IMG/VR virus record: IMGVR_UViG_3300037634_006005
Span: 1-30,442 of that record
DNA: 30,442 bases
From: a virus
Lineage: Duplodnaviria; Caudoviricetes
Strand: one strand, 5' to 3'
Part shown: positions 26,699-30,442 of the stretch, in pieces
Position numbering within the stretch: the first letter of the stretch is position 1
Layout: the number at the start of each line of letters is the position of its first letter
Made by a program: the position numbers and the translations under genes
Notes under the pieces: generated by a model
Told to the model about the DNA's origin: nothing
Databases searched by the model: none
Seen by the model: the letters and a program-made list of their open reading frames with translations, nothing else

Positions 26699-27029
26699 CT
26701 TTTAATTCATTTTCTTGATTATACGTAATTAAATGTTCTAAGTTTCTTGTATCTTGCATTAAGCATACTTCACATATTAAAGTAACTTTTGTACTCTTCT
26801 CTTCTTTTCTATAATACTTCCTTCCGCATAGAAACATATAGTCTATATTATCAATATTCACAAGATCTCCTCCCCTAATATCATATAAAACATCTGTATG
26901 TCCAATTAAATCATCTCGATTTTCTTCCATAAAGTCAGGTAGTTCATCATTGTTAGGAAGTTTATAATCTGTAAAAGTGGCTAGGCTACTATCTTCTTCG
27001 CCTACTTTAAAAAAATATCTATAATGCAT
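26691..27029 (-). CDS. Hypothetical protein
   Basis: Co-oriented, 1 nt after the repL-like stop, overlapping the next gene. Confidence 0.6.
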   Translation of the reverse strand: MHYRYFFKVGEEDSSLATFTDYKLPNNDELPDFMEENRDDLIGHTDVLYDIRGGDLVNIDNIDYMFLCGRKYYRKEEKSTKVTLICEVCLMQDTRNLEHLITYNQENELKDA

Positions 27030-27030
27030 A

Positions 27031-27498
27031 TTAACTATTGATTTTAATAGACATCCTACTACCGTTAAATGCGATAGAAGGATTAATCCAATAATAATGA
27101 GAATACAATGATCTTGCTATAAAGGACTTAGAGCACAATAGCCCCATAGCCTTATATACAGAAACTTTTGAATATCCTGTATCATCTTTACAGCAATCCA
27201 TGTAAAATTTAGCTTTTCCTGTATTCATTTCCATATTTTTTAATAGATGGAAAAATACTTTTATTTCTGACTCTCCAATTGCAAAAAAAAGATTTATGTT
27301 TCCTGTGAACATCTTTACAAATTCAGATCTATCTAGAGACTTAGACACCACTAAAGATACTCTATCGTGGATCAATTCTCCTGTAAGTTTAGAATATGTT
27401 TCGCCTATATGGCTAGAAACTACTGATTTATGTCCTTTTTTTATATCTGCTTCAAAGGGAGACTCTTCATATCTTTTAAAGTCTGTAAGTTTTCTCAA
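27031..27498 (-). CDS. repL: RepL-like winged-helix DNA-binding protein
   Basis: D...FVK.F, HTH segment TGYSKVSVYKAMGLL...FI and YWINPSIAFNGSR signature. TTG start overlapping the upstream TGA. RepL-like genes near terL are known in crAss-like phages. Confidence 0.75.
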   Translation of the reverse strand: MRKLTDFKRYEESPFEADIKKGHKSVVSSHIGETYSKLTGELIHDRVSLVVSKSLDRSEFVKMFTGNINLFFAIGESEIKVFFHLLKNMEMNTGKAKFYMDCCKDDTGYSKVSVYKAMGLLCSKSFIARSLYSHYYWINPSIAFNGSRMSIKINS

Positions 27499-27710
27499 AA
27501 TTTCATATTTTCTATAACTTCTGCTGTTCCATCTGGAAAAATTACTAAAGGAACTTCTTTGTCAGTATTTTTAGCATTTGTTACTTTATAATTAAATTCT
27601 TCTATTTGTATTTTACTGTCTTTGACAATAGCCATTACAATCCTATTATATTCTGGAGAGGGCATTATTTCAAACAGATCTTTTGTTTTTCTTTTATATT
27701 TTTTTGTCAT
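27495..27710 (-). CDS. Hypothetical protein
   Basis: Co-oriented 71-aa ORF whose stop overlaps the repL start. Confidence 0.6.
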   Translation of the reverse strand: MTKKYKRKTKDLFEIMPSPEYNRIVMAIVKDSKIQIEEFNYKVTNAKNTDKEVPLVIFPDGTAEVIENMKF

Positions 27711-27718
27711 AATAGATT

Positions 27719-27762
27719 AAAAAGTGAGGGAAGAAACTAAACAGCATTAGTAATCTTCCCTC
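27719..27762 (-). terminator. Intrinsic terminator-like hairpin after lysis cassette
   Basis: gagggaaga (27726-34) pairs with tcttccctc (27754-62), and inner actaa (27736-40) pairs with ttagt (27747-51). The minus strand continues AC-TTTTT. Confidence 0.65.
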
Positions 27763-27877
27763 TAGGATGAGTATAAGTTTCTAAACAAAAGGGGAATGAA
27801 TACATCCGCAGATGTTCAAAGAACTTTTTCTAATACAAAACCTACCCCTAATGCTTAGAATATTTTCCAATATCTTG

Positions 27878-28306
27878 TTATAGTAGACTGATTAGTAATG
27901 CGGTAGTAAGACCTATTGTTAACACCCCACCACCAATAAGACTGATTGTATATTTGGTTTTTAGCCTTTTTTTTTCCTTGGTCAAATGCTTTACATATTC
28001 ATCGTTGACCTCTAACATTGCATTATGTTCTAATTCTACATCCTGCAATTTTCCTATTTGATTTTTCTGATTGCCAATAACAAAGTCTTGGTTTGTTATA
28101 ACTTGTTCTTGAATAACAGTAAGAGCAAAGCACGAATCTCTAAACCTAAGACATTGTTCTTGTAACTTTTTAGCTACATCAAAACTATCTAGTCTATTTG
28201 CTACTCTTTCAAGGATATGTCTTTCAACACAAACCTTATCACTTTGACAGTCTGCGGATAAGGGCAATGTCAGAGCTATCGCTATAATTAGTAATAGTAT
28301 ACGCAT
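27878..28306 (-). CDS. Spanin-like protein (signal peptide, coiled coil, C-terminal TM)
   Basis: MRILLLIIAIALTLPLSADC signal with a Cys, heptad-rich middle and C-terminal hydrophobic helix. Overlaps the Rz-like gene by 68 nt. Confidence 0.5.
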   Translation of the reverse strand: MRILLLIIAIALTLPLSADCQSDKVCVERHILERVANRLDSFDVAKKLQEQCLRFRDSCFALTVIQEQVITNQDFVIGNQKNQIGKLQDVELEHNAMLEVNDEYVKHLTKEKKRLKTKYTISLIGGGVLTIGLTTALLISLL

Positions 28307-28586
28307 TTTTTAATTTGTTTATTTCTCTACTTATCTTATCGAGATTTCTTTTGTTATTTGGAATCAAGTACCGAATTGAATCTATTTTTTCATATAGAAC
28401 AAGATTTTCATTTTGCAACTGGTCAAATTCATACTTGAGAACATTAATAGTCTCCTGCATATTGAGCCTAATCTTGTTGTAATTGATATAGGGTTCGGGT
28501 GCTTTCCGAAATATTATAATAAAGAACAATATCAGCAGTAAAACAGACTGAACAATAAATACTATATGTGTAGCAGAGAGTTTCAT
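28239..28586 (-). CDS. i-spanin (Rz-like) candidate
   Basis: N-terminal TM followed by a coiled coil, downstream of the endolysin. Confidence 0.55.
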   Translation of the reverse strand: MKLSATHIVFIVQSVLLLILFFIIIFRKAPEPYINYNKIRLNMQETINVLKYEFDQLQNENLVLYEKIDSIRYLIPNNKRNLDKISREINKLKNAYTITNYSDSSDIALIRRLSK

Positions 28587-28672
28587 TTAGTCAATAATAA
28601 AATTATTAGTATTAATAAGATTAACAATGATGCCCATATTTGCATCGCAGCACTAAATTCTTTCTTGTTCAT
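28583..28672 (-). CDS. 29-aa single-TM peptide (not in ORF track), possible holin/antiholin or lysis regulator
   Basis: MNKKEFSAAMQIWASLLILLILIILLLTK*. ATGA overlap with the endolysin stop (28669-72) and ATGA overlap with the Rz-like start (28583-86). Confidence 0.7.
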   Translation of the reverse strand: MNKKEFSAAMQIWASLLILLILIILLLTK

Positions 28673-29454
28673 ACTATATCTTTAGACTCCAATAAAGTAT
28701 AGGTAAATTTATTACCCCATCTTTCAGAAGATTGGAAGCAACACTCCATAAAGTCGTCAAAATCGTCTGGATCTTGAAACACCTGGCAGCCTGCACTATA
28801 CTTATTAATAACATTAGAAGCTTTGTATGCCGAAGACCTATGAATATTTATTCCGAAATATCCCTCTTCATCTTTTTTTAAATCATATAGATCATCCTTA
28901 TTACCATCACGATAAACGGAAACTTTTCCATACCTCTGACATAAAGCTTTATATTTTCCTCCATGAAGGTCTATCTTATATACCCCCCTATATTGATTAG
29001 GAACTAATATAGCACACCCCCCTCTTGAATCATTAGGATTGTTTATCCAATAAAGACCGGGATCTGTAGTAGCAGGCCAACAGTAAAAATGCCACTCTCC
29101 CTTATTCAAAAAAGAAACAGTAATAAAATCATCATACCTATTAGTAACCTCCCCTTCAGTATCTGAATTTCTAATGCCGACAATATTAATACTATAATCC
29201 CCCTTGTTAAACCACTTATATTCTTTCTCCATCATAGTATCATATATCTGCTGTAAAGTATATTTAGGTGGAGTAGATGTCAATGCCTCCCAAGTCAAAC
29301 TACCTACTATTCCATCTACCCCTAAACCATTTTTCTTCTGGAATGCCTTAACTGCCTTTTCAGTCTTTGGACCAAAATCCCCATCTACTGAAATACCTAA
29401 TAGATTCTGCAAGTTCTTTACAGAATCTCCTTTATCTCCTTTTCTTAGTATCAT
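28669..29454 (-). CDS. Endolysin: N-terminal PG_binding_1 domain plus YkuD/L,D-transpeptidase-like catalytic domain
   Basis: LRKGDKGDSVKNLQ...DGDFGPKTEKAVKAFQKKNGL.VDGIVG..TW is the PG-binding domain. The C-terminal GINIH-x14-SAGCQ resembles the YkuD H...S.GC motif. Confidence 0.8.
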   Translation of the reverse strand: MILRKGDKGDSVKNLQNLLGISVDGDFGPKTEKAVKAFQKKNGLGVDGIVGSLTWEALTSTPPKYTLQQIYDTMMEKEYKWFNKGDYSINIVGIRNSDTEGEVTNRYDDFITVSFLNKGEWHFYCWPATTDPGLYWINNPNDSRGGCAILVPNQYRGVYKIDLHGGKYKALCQRYGKVSVYRDGNKDDLYDLKKDEEGYFGINIHRSSAYKASNVINKYSAGCQVFQDPDDFDDFMECCFQSSERWGNKFTYTLLESKDIV

Positions 29455-29843
29455 ATCAAGAACCCATCTTTATAGCCATTGAAACTTTTATTAACCATCA
29501 ACACATCATTCTCGTCAATTAAAATATATTCTATCTCACTCTCATGATCTTTAGCATATCTTCCTGCAAACTGATTGTAATAAACAAAATCTCCGTAATC
29601 ATACATATCTTGAATATCTGGCCCTGCACACATAACAACTCCAAAGTGTGGATACTCAACTTCGTTACTCTCTAAAGCCTCAACAGGAACAATGATGCCT
29701 CCCTTAGAAACCTTTCTTGGTAATATCCTATATACCAATAACCGAGATGAAACAACTCCTAAATTATTAACATCTTTTTCCTTTGGCATAGGAACTCTCT
29801 TCTTTGAATCCACAGCATTAGAATTAATCTTTTCTTTTATCAT
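29451..29843 (-). CDS. groES: Co-chaperonin GroES (Cpn10)-like
   Basis: RLLV.......SKGGIIVP mobile loop, G.V...GP, GD.V.Y..FAG and Y.LI.E.DVL. Confidence 0.88.
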   Translation of the reverse strand: MIKEKINSNAVDSKKRVPMPKEKDVNNLGVVSSRLLVYRILPRKVSKGGIIVPVEALESNEVEYPHFGVVMCAGPDIQDMYDYGDFVYYNQFAGRYAKDHESEIEYILIDENDVLMVNKSFNGYKDGFLI

Positions 29844-29858
29844 GTTTGTTTGAGTTTT

Positions 29859-29935
29859 AAAAAAGGTGGAGAGTTCTACACTAAATATCCCAGACTATCA
29901 GACCTGGTTATAAAAATTAAATATCTCCCCACCTT
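29859..29935 (-). promoter_or_regulatory. Structured 5' leader / terminator-like stem upstream of groES
   Basis: On the minus strand AAGGTGGGGAG (29935-25) pairs with CTCTCCACCTT (29873-63) with one G-U, and is followed by TTTT. Inner ccag/ctgg stem at 29890-29907. Confidence 0.5.
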
Positions 29936-29961
29936 ATACATCCTAAAAATATTTCACTACC

Positions 29962-29969
29962 CAAAGATA
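29962..29969 (-). promoter_or_regulatory. Bacteroidota-type -7 promoter element (TATCTTTG)
   Basis: Exact match to TAnnTTTG upstream of the first gene of the minus-strand operon. No clear -33 TTTG element. Confidence 0.5.
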
Positions 29970-29986
29970 ATAAAATATATTGGAAA

Positions 29987-30059
29987 GTTAAGTAAAAGTA
30001 CAGTTTAGTTAACTAAAAGTATAAGCAGCGTTAACTATTAGTTAAGCACAGTTAACTAA
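29987..30059. repeat. Helically phased GTTAA(C/G) array (operator- or iteron-like)
   Basis: GTTAA starts at 29987, 30008, 30030, 30041 and 30051. Perfect palindrome tttagttaactaaa at 30004-30017. Direct repeat GTTAA[G/C]TAAAAGTA at 29987 and 30008. Confidence 0.75.
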
Positions 30060-30376
30060 GGTATACTGACTATCAATAGGTTAGAGCATGTTCCTTCTTC
30101 ATTCTTCTAAGGGGATATTTTACTAGTTTAAATAGACCCGTTTTTAAATACCATCCCGACAGATCCTATACTAGTTTTTGAGAGAAACTCAATATAACAA
30201 AATTATCTGACAATCCCCCCCTAAGTGGAAATATTATTTACCCCCTACCCCGACAAACTTTGATTGGAGTGGACACACAAAGTAACATCTTAGAACCCCC
30301 CTATAGAATTAACGAATTCAAATTATTATTTAATCAAAAAGCAGTAAACCGCTGTACAAAAATGGTTCAAATTATT

Positions 30377-30442
30377 ATGTCTAATAAAGCAAAGAATCTC
30401 GGAAAGGTATCAGTTGCTAATGCAGCAGCAGGAGACGCATTC
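30377..30442 (+). CDS. Start of a divergent plus-strand gene (truncated)
   Basis: AAATTATT-ATG leader, reading MSNKAKNLGKVSVANAAAGDAF, open to the window end. Confidence 0.5.
   Translation, partial: MSNKAKNLGKVSVANAAAGDAF

Noticed and set aside
715-29482. Plus-strand ORFs in the track (e.g. 715..933, 2186..2413, 9940..10308, 21860..22117, 29204..29482)
   Set aside because: Antisense shadows of well-supported minus-strand genes, with no recognisable motifs.
29844-30376. CRISPR mini-array or tRNA in the non-coding region
   Set aside because: Repeats are only 5-14 bp without repeat-spacer periodicity, and no cloverleaf or T-loop consensus was seen.
1-30442. Stop-codon reassignment (TAG=Gln or TGA=Trp), known in some Crassvirales
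   Set aside because: All large genes are intact in code 11. TAG ends MCP and the 401-aa gene, and TGA ends groES and the endolysin with tight overlaps to the next start.

Overview
AT-rich (roughly 30% GC by eye) segment of a tailed dsDNA phage of the crAss-like type (Crassvirales or a close relative), probably infecting a Bacteroidota host. The host call rests on A/T-rich start regions without Shine-Dalgarno motifs and a TAnnTTTG-type promoter. Almost the whole window is one minus-strand late/structural region in standard genetic code. Reading from right to left it contains: a divergent control region with a phased GTTAA array; a GroES-like co-chaperonin; a lysis cassette (PG-binding/YkuD-like endolysin, an unannotated 29-aa TM peptide, a spanin-like pair); repL-like, rusA-like and a putative TerS-like gene; an accessory block of paralogous fibre-like proteins; and then the canonical crAss order of terminase large subunit, portal, acidic scaffold-like protein, major capsid protein, gene75-like protein, ring proteins, auxiliary capsid protein, IHF-like protein, muzzle and cargo protein. 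After these come two paralogous small proteins, a holin, and a long ORF missing from the ORF track that runs off the left edge. That ORF carries an ART-PolyVal-like ADP-ribosyltransferase domain, a candidate injected effector. All family assignments come from recognised motifs and synteny, not from database searches.
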